Assembly: GCA_959600635.1 (NCBI GenBank)
Contig: CAUGMN010000001.1
Span: 17,854 to 81,853, forward strand
Reading direction: 5' to 3'
Length of the DNA stretch: 64,000 nucleotides
Source: an uncultured Eubacteriales bacterium
GTDB taxonomy: Bacteria > Bacillota > Clostridia > Oscillospirales > QAMX01
Below are positions 38,513 to 47,753 of this stretch, in pieces. The notes beneath the pieces are model-generated. The model ran no database searches. It was not told where the DNA came from and saw only the letters and a program-made list of their open reading frames with translations. Every line of letters begins with the position of its first letter. The stretch's first letter is position 1. Made by a program: the position numbers and the translations under genes.

Positions 38513-38749
38513 TTTTATCCGTTTTTCAGCTTTTTTCAAAAATCGATTTTCAGAGCAAAAGAAAAGATATTTTTTGAAAACCGAAACCGGAAGGAATTTG
38601 AACGGAAGCCCATTCGACGTCAGAACGGAGATCCATGCCCAAAGGCTACATAGAACCGAATCAGATAAACCGCTTTGCGATTTCTCCGAACGAAAAAACG
38701 GTCTGACGGATCGTCTCTCCAAACTGCAAAAGAGTCTGTTGGATGGCAA

Positions 38750-38786
38750 AGAACGAACCGGGCTCTTTTTGAGCCCGGTTCGTTCT
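38750..38786. terminator. Hairpin terminator downstream of the GH38 gene
   Basis: AGAACGAACCGGGCTC-TTTTT-GAGCCCGGTTCGTTCT, a perfect 16-bp stem. Confidence 0.65.
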
Positions 38787-38818
38787 CTTAACTCAATGAT
38801 ATTGTCCTTGGGTATTTT

Positions 38819-41323
38819 TTACAGCTCAAACTCGGTGATGTCGGTTTCGGTTGCTTTTCCGTCGAGAATGCGGAAGGTTTTGATTTCATACGGCGCGAAT
38901 TGGGCTGAAAACGTTGTGTTGAAGGAGGGCAGGCTGATTTCCGCCCCGCCTGAGGTTCCGTTGCACTCATAGAATCTGGCGATGGTGCCGTTGCCGTCTT
39001 CCGCCGCCTTCATGGCGGCCAGGAGAATATTTTCGTTGGAGATTTCAGCGCCGGAGAAAACCTGAGGCAGCTTGCCGGTATGGTAAGTCTCAATCACGTG
39101 GACGACGGGGGAATTCAGCTCCGCGGCTCTCCGGACAACATGGCCTTTGCCAAAGCCCTCGGTGTAGGGGCGGATGATATAGGTAAACTCGTGTTCGCCC
39201 TGCTCCTGATACACAGGATAGCGGTGGCGGTTCTCGTCTCTTCCGAAACTGTGGTCACAGTAGAGGGCGGAGCGAAGAACGGTATAGCGGAGCTCGCTGT
39301 CCTTAACGTCGTAGGAGTAGTGACCGTCGTTCAAAACCGCAAGACCGACTCCGTTTTCTCCTTCCACGGCCGCCCACGCCTGTGCGGGCTCTTCCATTCC
39401 GTTGGGCGTTTTCTCAATGACGCCGTAGGGAATTTCATAGAGAGCTCTGGGAGCGGCCACAGTAGTCGGAAAGGCCATTTTCAGAAGCTTGTGCTGTTCG
39501 TGCCAAAAGAGGTAGTTCACCACTTCGATGTCCGTGGAGTCGGCATAGAGAGAATAGAACTGGGTCAACTCAGAGCGGCCAAAGAAGGATTTGACCCGGA
39601 CTCGCGCGCGGATTGGGCCGTCTTCCAAAACGGTGATTTCGGCGTTTTCAAATGCGCCGATATCGTTTCTGAATCTTGTGAAGATATGCCCCCAGGTATC
39701 CAGCTCCCTCTCGTCGCAGACAACGGGACGAGCCGGGGCGGACAGAAATTCGCGGGCGGCGCGGATGTCGTAAATTGAGCGCAGCGCGCCGGAGGCGGGG
39801 TCAAACTCCACGCGGATGAAGTCGTTTTCGATGTAGAAGGAGGTGGCGTGGACATATCGGGGCTGGGGAGCAATTTTCTGTTCTTCTTTGTAGAGCCAAT
39901 AGGTGGTATAGCCCATGGCCGGAACATCTGCCTGGAACATGTAGACAGGGTAAGCGGTGAGGCCGTTGTGGTTATAGGTATCCATCTTTTGGTGCGCGAC
40001 AGGGCGGCCGTGGCTGTCGGTTATGCCGCCGATTGGGTCTTCGTATTCCAAGTAGACCGGCTGTCTTGTGGGCCAGGAGAGGGGGTTATAGACGACGATG
40101 GGAACCCCCTTGTTTTCCATCTCCCAGATCCGTCCGTCGTTGTCCTTGCTCAAATAGCGAAGCCCCTTGTCGGTATCGATCTGCCATGAGATTTTCTGGA
40201 ATGCCCGTGTGTAGCCCTCGGAGGCAAGGGTGAGACTTTCGCCGTAGAACTCTTCAACGTCGGGATAGGCATCCTTGATTGAACAGCCGCCCATGATGTC
40301 ATGGAACTGATTGAACATGATCTTTTCCCATGCGCGGGTGAAGCGCGCCCTGTCATACTCCCAGCCGAGAAGGCTCTGGGCAAGAGCGGCGCACTTTTCC
40401 CCGGCGGTGACTCTCTGTTCGGCTCTGCGGTTCAGCTCCTTGATTTTCACAAGGGAGGCGTAGCAGCCGCTGGCGTGGTGTTGGAGATCGCCCACAAGGG
40501 TGGTGAGCTCGCTGTCGGCCAGTCTGGCATAGACATGGTCGAAAAACTCCCTCGGCGACGCCAGAACAAAGTTCACCTCGTCACAATCCAGATCCTCCTT
40601 GTGAATTCTCTGAACCGCTTTGACGGTGGGGCCGCCGCCGTGGTTTCCGACGCCGTAGAAGACCATGGTTTCATTCTGACCGTTTTGACGGGCGTCGAGG
40701 GCGAAGTTTTTGAAATCTTCCATGTTTGCGTCGCTGACATTTGAGCCGTAGCCAAAGGGAATCCGATAGGCGAGAATGGCGCTTCCGTCAACGCCCTTCC
40801 AGATAAAAGGCTCGTAGGCGCTGTGGGAATAGCCGAGACCTCCGCCTGCAGGCCGGTTGTATTCTCTTCCGTCGGGGCGCATATAGATGTAAGAGTCGAT
40901 GCCGCTCTTTTTCAGAATCTGAGGCAGGTTTCCGTTGTGTCCGAAAGAGTCCACATTCCAACCGACGGTGGCCTTTACGCCGAATTTTTCCAGAAAATAT
41001 CTCTGGGAATAGAGCATGTGCCGGGAGAAGCTCTCGCCGGAGGGAATGTTGCAGTCGGGCTGAATCCACATGCCGCCCACGATGTACCATTTCCCGTCGG
41101 CAACGGCCTTTTGAATTTCGGCAAACATCTCGGGTTCGGACTCTTCAATCCACTTATAATACTGGGCGCAAGCGGTGGTGAATACAAAATCGTCGAACTG
41201 GGCAATTCTGTCAAGGGCGCTACGGTAGGTGGCGCGAACTTCGGCATAGCCCTCCTGCCAGCGCCAAAGCCAGACCGGGTCGATGTGGGCGTGACCAATC
41301 ATATACTGTTTTGCCGGGCTCAT
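38819..41323 (-). CDS. Glycoside hydrolase family 38 alpha-mannosidase (cytoplasmic type)
   Basis: MIGHAHIDPVWLWRWQEGYAEV...FTTACAQYYKWIEE...FNQFHDIMGGCSI are GH38 N-terminal catalytic signatures. 834 aa, no signal peptide. Confidence 0.9.
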   Translation of the reverse strand: MSPAKQYMIGHAHIDPVWLWRWQEGYAEVRATYRSALDRIAQFDDFVFTTACAQYYKWIEESEPEMFAEIQKAVADGKWYIVGGMWIQPDCNIPSGESFSRHMLYSQRYFLEKFGVKATVGWNVDSFGHNGNLPQILKKSGIDSYIYMRPDGREYNRPAGGGLGYSHSAYEPFIWKGVDGSAILAYRIPFGYGSNVSDANMEDFKNFALDARQNGQNETMVFYGVGNHGGGPTVKAVQRIHKEDLDCDEVNFVLASPREFFDHVYARLADSELTTLVGDLQHHASGCYASLVKIKELNRRAEQRVTAGEKCAALAQSLLGWEYDRARFTRAWEKIMFNQFHDIMGGCSIKDAYPDVEEFYGESLTLASEGYTRAFQKISWQIDTDKGLRYLSKDNDGRIWEMENKGVPIVVYNPLSWPTRQPVYLEYEDPIGGITDSHGRPVAHQKMDTYNHNGLTAYPVYMFQADVPAMGYTTYWLYKEEQKIAPQPRYVHATSFYIENDFIRVEFDPASGALRSIYDIRAAREFLSAPARPVVCDERELDTWGHIFTRFRNDIGAFENAEITVLEDGPIRARVRVKSFFGRSELTQFYSLYADSTDIEVVNYLFWHEQHKLLKMAFPTTVAAPRALYEIPYGVIEKTPNGMEEPAQAWAAVEGENGVGLAVLNDGHYSYDVKDSELRYTVLRSALYCDHSFGRDENRHRYPVYQEQGEHEFTYIIRPYTEGFGKGHVVRRAAELNSPVVHVIETYHTGKLPQVFSGAEISNENILLAAMKAAEDGNGTIARFYECNGTSGGAEISLPSFNTTFSAQFAPYEIKTFRILDGKATETDITEFEL

Positions 41324-41525
41324 ATAGTGAAACCTTCTTTCTCAATAAAACGGTCAGATTTTGGATACGGCCCCATGCAGTTTTCTTTTCCGGATATCTC
41401 TTGGGGCCGCTGTGCCCAAAAGGCGGACATCGGCATTCGGCGTACCGGCGTTGGCGGCGCGGCTTCGAGCCGCCTCTATGGGAGGTCACGGCGAGAGACA
41501 CGCTTCCCGCGCAGACGCCGCGGGC

Positions 41526-41894
41526 TCAGTCGCGCCGGCATGCGTGCCTCTTGATCGCCTCAAAGCTCTCCTCGCTGATGACATGCTCGATCCGGCAGGC
41601 GTCCTCGGCGGCGGTTTCAGGCGACACGCCCAGCGTTTTCAGCCAGTCTGCCAGCAGCGTATGGCGCTCGTATATTTTCTCGGCAATCTTGCGCCCCTTG
41701 TCGAGGAGCAGAATCTCGCCGTCCGCGTCGGTTTCGATGTACCCGTTCTCGCGCAGATTTTTCATAGCGACGCTGACGCTGGGCTTGGAATATTCCAGCT
41801 CGTTGGCGATGTCGACGGAGCGCACAAAGCCGTTGCGCTTTTTTAAAATCAAGATCGTTTCCAGATAATTTTCCGCTGATTCCTGTATTTTCAT
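41526..41894 (-). CDS. DtxR/IdeR/MntR family metal-dependent transcriptional repressor (short form)
   Basis: SAENYLETILILKKRNGFVRSVDIANELEYSKPSVSVAMKNLRENGYI...ERHTLLADWLKTLGV...AAEDACRIEHVIS. Confidence 0.85.
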   Translation of the reverse strand: MKIQESAENYLETILILKKRNGFVRSVDIANELEYSKPSVSVAMKNLRENGYIETDADGEILLLDKGRKIAEKIYERHTLLADWLKTLGVSPETAAEDACRIEHVISEESFEAIKRHACRRD

Positions 41895-42063
41895 GGGATC
41901 ACCCGCTTTCTTTCATACTTGCGCAGTGCCGTCGGAGCCGCGGCGTATCAAAATCGCAGGCCGCTCCGCAAGGATCAAGCCGGGCCTGCGCCTTCAAAAT
42001 GATTATAGCATACCGGCCGACGCCTTTCAAGCCCGTATCTCTGCAAAAAAATTGCGGCGGCTA

Positions 42064-42116
42064 TTGACAAAACGGTTAGTTTGTGCTAACATAGATCGGG
42101 GTTAGATAAAGCTAAC
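42064..42116 (+). promoter_or_regulatory. feo promoter with two DtxR-type operators
   Basis: TTGACA (42064-42069), 17-nt spacer, TAACAT. GTTAG-TTTGTG-CTAAC (42075-42090) sits in the spacer/-10 region. GTTAG-ATAAAG-CTAAC (42101-42116) sits just downstream. The half-sites resemble the TTAGGTTAGCCTAACCTAA iron-box core. Confidence 0.6.
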
Positions 42117-42183
42117 TAATGCGCGGACAAATGAATGAGGGAAGCCGCCGCTGAGACGGGGCGTTGCAGGGAAGGGATGGAGC

Positions 42184-42396
42184 ATGATGCCGCTGATACT
42201 CGCAGCCATCGGTGAAAAGAATATCATTCGAAAGGTGGGCGGAAGCGCGGAAACGCGGGCGCACCTTGAAAACCTCGGGTTTGTCCCGGGCGGAAGCGTT
42301 ACGGTGATCTCGACAATCGGGGGAAACCTGATTGTCAACGTCAAAGAGTCCCGTATTGCGATCAGCCGGGAAATGGCCGGAAAAATCATGGTATAG
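42184..42396 (+). CDS. feoA: FeoA family protein
   Basis: 70 aa: ...IRKVGGSAETRAHLENLGFVPGGSVTVIS...NLIVNVKESRIAISREMAGKIMV (SH3-like FeoA pattern). Confidence 0.85.
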   Translation: MMPLILAAIGEKNIIRKVGGSAETRAHLENLGFVPGGSVTVISTIGGNLIVNVKESRIAISREMAGKIMV

Positions 42397-42512
42397 CGGC
42401 CTTCGCGCCGGCAGTTCCCGTTGGCTCGGCCGCTGTTGAAAACGGGGAAGGCGCGCCTCGCATACGAAGCGGCGCTATCAAATCAAGCGACGGATCAGGA
42501 GGAAGATACGGT

Positions 42513-42734
42513 ATGAAAACATTGCGGCAGGCCAAGGTCGGCGACACGGTTACGGTCGTCAAGCTACACGGCGAGGGCGCGGTCAAGCGCCGGATTATGG
42601 ATATGGGCATCACGCGCGGCGTCTCGGTGCGGGTGCGCAAGGTGGCGCCGCTGGGCGACCCCGTCGAGGTCACCGTGCGCGGCTATGAGCTGTCCCTCCG
42701 CAAAGCGGACGCGGAAATGATCGAAGTAGAATAA
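42513..42734 (+). CDS. feoA: FeoA family protein (second copy)
   Basis: 73 aa: GDTVTVVKLHGEGAVKRRIMDMGITRGVSVRVRKVAPLGDPVEVTVRGYELSLRKADAEMIEV. Confidence 0.85.
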   Translation: MKTLRQAKVGDTVTVVKLHGEGAVKRRIMDMGITRGVSVRVRKVAPLGDPVEVTVRGYELSLRKADAEMIEVE

Positions 42735-42877
42735 AAAAACTCCGCCTCGCTCCGGCGCGCCCGCGGATATACACGGGAGTTAGCCAAAACTAATTGATTG
42801 CGGTCCCCTTATTTTTTCAGGAGCCGCAGGCGCCGCGGCGGGCCGCTGTGGAGGATATCTGGAAAGGAAGACGTGTC

Positions 42878-45361
42878 ATGGAGATCAAAATCGCCCTTGC
42901 GGGCAACCCGAACAGCGGTAAAACGACGCTGTTCAACGCGCTGACGGGTTCCAATCAATTCGTCGGAAACTGGCCGGGCGTGACGGTCGAGAAAAAAGAG
43001 GGAAAGCTCAAAAAACACGGCGACGTCGTCATCATGGACCTGCCGGGGATTTACTCGCTCTCTCCCTATACCTTAGAGGAGGTCGTCGCCCGCAATTACC
43101 TCGTCACCGAGCGGCCCGACGCCATCCTGAATATCGTCGACGGGACGAATCTGGAACGCAATCTCTATCTGACCACCCAGCTGACAGAGCTGGGGATTCC
43201 GGTTGTCGTCGCCGTCAACATGATGGATGTCGTCCGGAAAAACGGCGACAAAATCAACATCGGCGAGCTTTCCCGCGAGCTGGGCTGTAAGGTCGTCGAG
43301 ATTTCGGCGCTGAAAGGCACGGGGATCACAGAGGCCGCCGAGGCCGCTGTCGAGGCGGCCAAGGGCGCGAAAACTGTGCCGCAGCACAGTTTTTCCGGCG
43401 TGGTGGAGCACGCGATCGCCCATATCGAGGAGGCGGCGGTACACCATCTGCCAGTTGAGCGGCAGCGCTGGTACGCCGTGAAGATTTTTGAGCGCGACGA
43501 GAAGGTTCTCGAAAGTCTCCGGCTCGATCCGTCCGTGTTCCAACACATTGAGGCCGACATTCAGGCGGCCGAGCAGGAGCTTGACGACGACGCCGAGAGC
43601 ATCATCACCAATGAACGCTACGTCTACATCGCCTCAATCCTCAAAGGCTGCTATCACAAGAAAAACGCCGGAAAACTTTCGGTCTCCGACAAAATCGACC
43701 GTGTCGTCACCAACCGCTGGCTGGCGCTGCCGATCTTCGCGGTCGTGATGTTCGTCGTCTATTTTGTCTCGGTCACGACAATCGGGACGTGGGCGACCGA
43801 CTGGGCCAACGACGGCGTGTTCGGCGACGGCTGGCATCTGCTCGGCATCGGCTCCCGCGCCTATGAGGACGCGGTTGAAGAATACGCCCTGCCCGCCGCC
43901 GTCAAAGAGGCGTTTGAAGCCGCCGCCGAAGAGGCCGGCGCTGTGGACGAAACGCTCTCCACCGACGAATCGATCGTTCTGATCGAGGACAAAGCCAAGG
44001 CTCTGACAACGACGGTCTGCCTCTATGACGACGAGGGCAATCAGACCGAGGAAATCCCCATAGACTTTGCCGCCTATACGGCTGCGGCGGCGCTCCAAGA
44101 GCCTGACCCCGCCGACTACGGCGTATGGGTGCCCGGCGTGCCGGTGCTGGTGGAAAAGGGTCTGGACGCGGTGAACTGCGCCGACTGGCTCAAAGGCCTG
44201 ATCCTCGACGGCATCGTCGGCGGCGTCGGAGCGGTGCTCGGCTTTGTGCCACAGATGCTGGTGCTGTTTCTGTTCCTCGCCTTCCTCGAAGCCTGCGGCT
44301 ATATGGCCCGCATCGCCTTTGTGATGGACCGTATCTTCCGCAAGTTCGGCCTCTCCGGCAAGTCGTTTATCCCGATGCTGATCGGCACCGGCTGCGGCAT
44401 TCCCGGCATCATGGCCTCGCGCACGATCGAAAACGAGCGGGACCGCCGCATGACCATTATGACGACGACCTTTATCCCCTGCGGAGCCAAGCTCCCGATC
44501 ATCGCCCTGATCGCGGGCGCGCTGTTCGGCGGCGCCTGGTGGGTCGCGCCGAGCGCCTATTTCGTCGGCATTGCGGCGATCATCGTCTCCGGCATCATGC
44601 TGAAAAAGACGAAGCTGTTTTCCGGCGACCCGGCGCCGTTTGTCATGGAGCTTCCGGCCTATCACTGGCCGACGCCGGGCAACGTGCTCCGCTCCATGTG
44701 GGAGCGCGGCTGGTCGTTTATCAAAAAAGCCGGGACGATTATCCTGCTTTCGGCGATCGTTCTCTGGTTTTTGCAGGCTTTCGGCGTCGAGAACGGCCGC
44801 TTCGGCATGGTCGCCAACCTCGACCATTCGATTTTGGCCACCATCGGCAACGCCGTCAAATGGCTCTTCGCCCCGCTCGGCTTCGGCAACTGGCAGAGCG
44901 CCGTCGCGTCCTTTACCGGCCTGATCGCCAAGGAAAACGTCGTCTCCACCTTCGGCGTGCTGTTCGGCGGGCTCGACGAGGTGGCCGAAAACGGCTGGCA
45001 GATCTGGGAAAGCATGCGCGCGATCTTTACGCCGCTCGCGGCCTACTCCTTCCTGATCTTTAACCTCCTGTGCGCGCCGTGCTTCGCGGCCATCGGCGCG
45101 ATCCGCCGCGAGATGAACTCCGCCAAATGGACGTGGTTCGCCATCGGCTATCAATGCGCGTTTGCCTATGCGGTTTCGCTGGTGGTCTATCAGCTCGGCA
45201 TGCTCTTTACCGGCAACGGCAACGTTCTCGGCTCCGTCGCCGCCTTTGCGGTCGTCGCGCTCATTCTCTATCTGCTGCTGCGGCCGTACAAGAAGCCGGC
45301 GAGCCTGAAAGAAAGGGCGGAGATCAAGGCCGAGCCGAAGGAAATGGCCGGCAGCCGGTAA
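42878..45361 (+). CDS. feoB: Ferrous iron transporter FeoB
   Basis: MEIKIALAGNPNSGKTTLFNALTG (G1), DLPGIYSL (G3), NMMD (G4), followed by the polytopic gate domains. The track start at 42794 is over-extended. Confidence 0.95.
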   Translation: MEIKIALAGNPNSGKTTLFNALTGSNQFVGNWPGVTVEKKEGKLKKHGDVVIMDLPGIYSLSPYTLEEVVARNYLVTERPDAILNIVDGTNLERNLYLTTQLTELGIPVVVAVNMMDVVRKNGDKINIGELSRELGCKVVEISALKGTGITEAAEAAVEAAKGAKTVPQHSFSGVVEHAIAHIEEAAVHHLPVERQRWYAVKIFERDEKVLESLRLDPSVFQHIEADIQAAEQELDDDAESIITNERYVYIASILKGCYHKKNAGKLSVSDKIDRVVTNRWLALPIFAVVMFVVYFVSVTTIGTWATDWANDGVFGDGWHLLGIGSRAYEDAVEEYALPAAVKEAFEAAAEEAGAVDETLSTDESIVLIEDKAKALTTTVCLYDDEGNQTEEIPIDFAAYTAAAALQEPDPADYGVWVPGVPVLVEKGLDAVNCADWLKGLILDGIVGGVGAVLGFVPQMLVLFLFLAFLEACGYMARIAFVMDRIFRKFGLSGKSFIPMLIGTGCGIPGIMASRTIENERDRRMTIMTTTFIPCGAKLPIIALIAGALFGGAWWVAPSAYFVGIAAIIVSGIMLKKTKLFSGDPAPFVMELPAYHWPTPGNVLRSMWERGWSFIKKAGTIILLSAIVLWFLQAFGVENGRFGMVANLDHSILATIGNAVKWLFAPLGFGNWQSAVASFTGLIAKENVVSTFGVLFGGLDEVAENGWQIWESMRAIFTPLAAYSFLIFNLLCAPCFAAIGAIRREMNSAKWTWFAIGYQCAFAYAVSLVVYQLGMLFTGNGNVLGSVAAFAVVALILYLLLRPYKKPASLKERAEIKAEPKEMAGSR

Positions 45362-45414
45362 GACCGCCGGCAAGGCTATCCGTCTATTTTCATTCCGAAC
45401 AAGGAGGAATTTAC

Positions 45415-45585
45415 ATGTTCGCATGGCTTTCGGAAAATATAGCGACGATTCTCATCGCGCTGGCGCTGGCGGCGGTCGTCGCCGTCGTCGTGGTCCATCT
45501 GGTGAGAAACAAACGGAAAGGCAAATCCTCCTGCGGCTGCGGCTGCGAACAATGCCCGTCGGCAGGGCTCTGCCACAAAAAATAG
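45415..45585 (+). CDS. FeoB-associated Cys-rich small membrane protein
   Basis: 56 aa: MFAWLSENIATILIALALAAVVAVVVVHLVRNKRKGKSSCGCGCEQCPSAGLCHKK. One TM segment plus a C-x-C-x-C...C tail. AAGGAGG lies 7 nt upstream. It is hidden in the track inside a 171-aa over-extended ORF. Confidence 0.7.
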   Translation: MFAWLSENIATILIALALAAVVAVVVVHLVRNKRKGKSSCGCGCEQCPSAGLCHKK

Positions 45586-45616
45586 CCACCCTCAATCCCC
45601 CTCTCATATAGATTCG

Positions 45617-45652
45617 AAAGCGGCGCGCGGAATGTATTCCGCGCGCCGCTTT
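45617..45652. terminator. Bidirectional terminator between the feo operon and merR
   Basis: AAAGCGGCGCGCGGAA-TGTA-TTCCGCGCGCCGCTTT, a perfect 16-bp stem with flanking A- and T-rich runs. Confidence 0.75.
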
Positions 45653-45676
45653 CTGTTCCGCGCACCGGCCAGACGG

Positions 45677-46093
45677 TCAATCAGCCGCCTGGCGCGCCGC
45701 CGGCGCTCCTGCGTCCCGGCGGGGGAGCCGGCTTTCGGCGGCGCGCAGCGTGTTTTCATAGCCGGCGATTTTCCGGTCGAGGCGGTCGAGCGTTTTCTGC
45801 ATCTCGGCGATCCGCTCCCGCAGCGCGTCGCGCTGTTCGGTCAGCAGCGCCTTGCGCGCTCCGGCCGTCGCGTCGCCCTCCTGAAACAGCGCCACATAAC
45901 GGATTAACGCGTCGATCGGCAGGCCGGAGCTGCGCATGCATTTGATAAATTCGATCCAGCGGCAGTCCTCGTCGGTATAATTGCGGATGCCGCCTGCGGT
46001 GCGGCCGACGGCGGGGATCAGCCCGATTTTTTCGTAATAGCGAAGCGTGTCGGCCGTAAGGCCGTAGCGCTCCGCGGCTTCTGCAATCGTCAT
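45677..46093 (-). CDS. MerR family transcriptional regulator
   Basis: MTIAEAAERYGLTADTLRYYEKIGLIPAVGRTAGGIRNYTDEDCRWIEFIKCMRSSGLPI, followed by a coiled-coil dimerisation helix. GAGGAGAG RBS. Confidence 0.85.
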   Translation of the reverse strand: MTIAEAAERYGLTADTLRYYEKIGLIPAVGRTAGGIRNYTDEDCRWIEFIKCMRSSGLPIDALIRYVALFQEGDATAGARKALLTEQRDALRERIAEMQKTLDRLDRKIAGYENTLRAAESRLPRRDAGAPAARQAAD

Positions 46094-46190
46094 ATAAAAC
46101 TCTCTCCTCAGTCAATTTCCATATTCTTGGAGCGCCTGTGAACCGGGTGAAGCGCGCGTTTTTTTGAACTCGGTCGGGAGAAGATCCCTG

Positions 46191-47303
46191 TCATGCTTGG
46201 GGGCGGATCTCGACGACGACGTATTCGGAATGCCCCTGCGTGCGGATGGGATAGCCCCAGCCGACGATCCCGGAGGAGACGACGGCGTGAAACTCGCCGG
46301 TCTGCCGGTGACCGTAGACGAGGTCGGCGGTCTTGAACAGCTCGATTATATGGGCGACCGGCCAGATCTGGCCGTTATGGGTGTGCCCCGAGAGCTGCAA
46401 ATCGACGCCGGCGGCGATGTTTTCCTCAAAGCCGACCGGCTGGTGGTCGATCAGCAGGATGAAGTCGTCCGCGTCGGCGCCTTCGAGCAGAGCCGCCGTC
46501 GCCTTGCGCTCGGCGCCGTGACCGGCGTCGGCGCGGCCGGCGAGCCAAAGCTCTCCGTTGAGGAGAACGGTCTCGTCGTCCAAAACCGTGACACCGCTTT
46601 CGGCGAGCGCGGCGAGCAGCTCCGCCTCGGTGAAATGGGGCGACGCCGTATACGGCGCGCGGTCGTGATTGCCGAAGACATAGTAAACGCCGAATTCGCT
46701 CTCGATGGCGCCGAGCGCTGAGATAGCCGCCTGCATCTCCGCCAGCTCGGTGCCCTCGTCGACGATATCGCCGCCGAGGACGACGAGATCCGGTTTCGCC
46801 GCCGAGATCTCGTCGCAGCGCTGTTTCAGCCCGTCGAGGCTGAGGGCGTTGCCAAAGTGCAGATCGGTGATCAGAGCGACGCGATAGCCTTCGGGCCGCA
46901 GGCTTTTGGCGGTCTCGACCGTATAGACGGTGGCGCGGATGTCGCGCATATTCCAATATCCGTAACCGAAAAGCAGGACGACGGCCGCCAGCGGCACGAA
47001 CCCGCAGCGCCAAAGCGCATCCGCGGCGGCGAATTTGCGCTTTACGGCTTTTTGCACGAGAACGATTAGGAGATGGAGCAGGTCGGCGGCGAGCCCGGCC
47101 GCGACGATGTGGAGCGCAGCCAGCGTCACCGTCGAGAAAATGTCCGCGCAGCATGCGGCGAGCGCCAGCGCGGCCACGGCCGAGGCAACCCGCAGGCGGT
47201 TTTTACGGACGCACGGCAGCCAGAAGGCGAGCGCGCGGAGAAAAAAGAAATAGAGGTACAGCGCCACGGCGGCGAGAACGGGCGCGAAGATCAGGATTCT
47301 CAT
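46191..47303 (-). CDS. Membrane-anchored metallophosphoesterase (calcineurin-like, YkuE-like)
   Basis: N-terminal TM segments, then ALITDLHFGN...VVLGGDIVD...YVFGNHD...LIDHQP...LSGHTHNGQ (phosphoesterase motifs I-V). The start is set at MRILIF (ATG at 47303) after AAAGGAG. Confidence 0.8.
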   Translation of the reverse strand: MRILIFAPVLAAVALYLYFFFLRALAFWLPCVRKNRLRVASAVAALALAACCADIFSTVTLAALHIVAAGLAADLLHLLIVLVQKAVKRKFAAADALWRCGFVPLAAVVLLFGYGYWNMRDIRATVYTVETAKSLRPEGYRVALITDLHFGNALSLDGLKQRCDEISAAKPDLVVLGGDIVDEGTELAEMQAAISALGAIESEFGVYYVFGNHDRAPYTASPHFTEAELLAALAESGVTVLDDETVLLNGELWLAGRADAGHGAERKATAALLEGADADDFILLIDHQPVGFEENIAAGVDLQLSGHTHNGQIWPVAHIIELFKTADLVYGHRQTGEFHAVVSSGIVGWGYPIRTQGHSEYVVVEIRPQA

Positions 47304-47638
47304 CGGGTCGCTCCTTTCGATGCCGGCGGCGCTCTCCCGGACAGCGGCTCTCGCATTGGCCGCGGCCGGCAAAGCGGCGCCGTATGCCGTATCTCTATCA
47401 TATACCATGAAGTTAGCTCCAAGTCAACCCCGGCCGGCCGCAAAAACGGTGAATTTTTTGTAAATGGCAGCGCCGGCAGTCGCGCGGATGATATCGGAGC
47501 GGCGCGGGAAATATTAAATTTTAAAGTTATTCACATGTCTTTTGTGGTTTTTAGCCCCATGAATAGAGCGAAACTTGCGACCGATTTCGGACAAAAAATA
47601 GGAATAACGACGATATAAAACCGGTATGGACATTTTCA

Positions 47639-47667
47639 TTGCATTATATACGGCGCTGTGATACAAT
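47639..47667 (+). promoter_or_regulatory. Candidate promoter in the AT-rich scar, reading toward the cas genes
   Basis: TTGCAT (47639-47644), 17-nt spacer, TACAAT (47662-47667). This is sequence pattern only. Confidence 0.3.
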
Positions 47668-47753
47668 AACGGCGTTTAAATATAAGTCGAATTATCCATA
47701 TACTTGAAATAAAAACGCCTTTTTTGCAAGAGGGGAGGACAGAACCGTGCTGA

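Noticed and set aside
38500-38620. An AT-rich inverted repeat (TTTTTTCAAAAAT … ATTTTTTGAAAA) downstream of tRNA-fMet, considered as a possible att site or integration scar.
   Set aside because: It is low-complexity A/T sequence. There is no duplicated tRNA 3' end and no integrase nearby. Evidence is insufficient.
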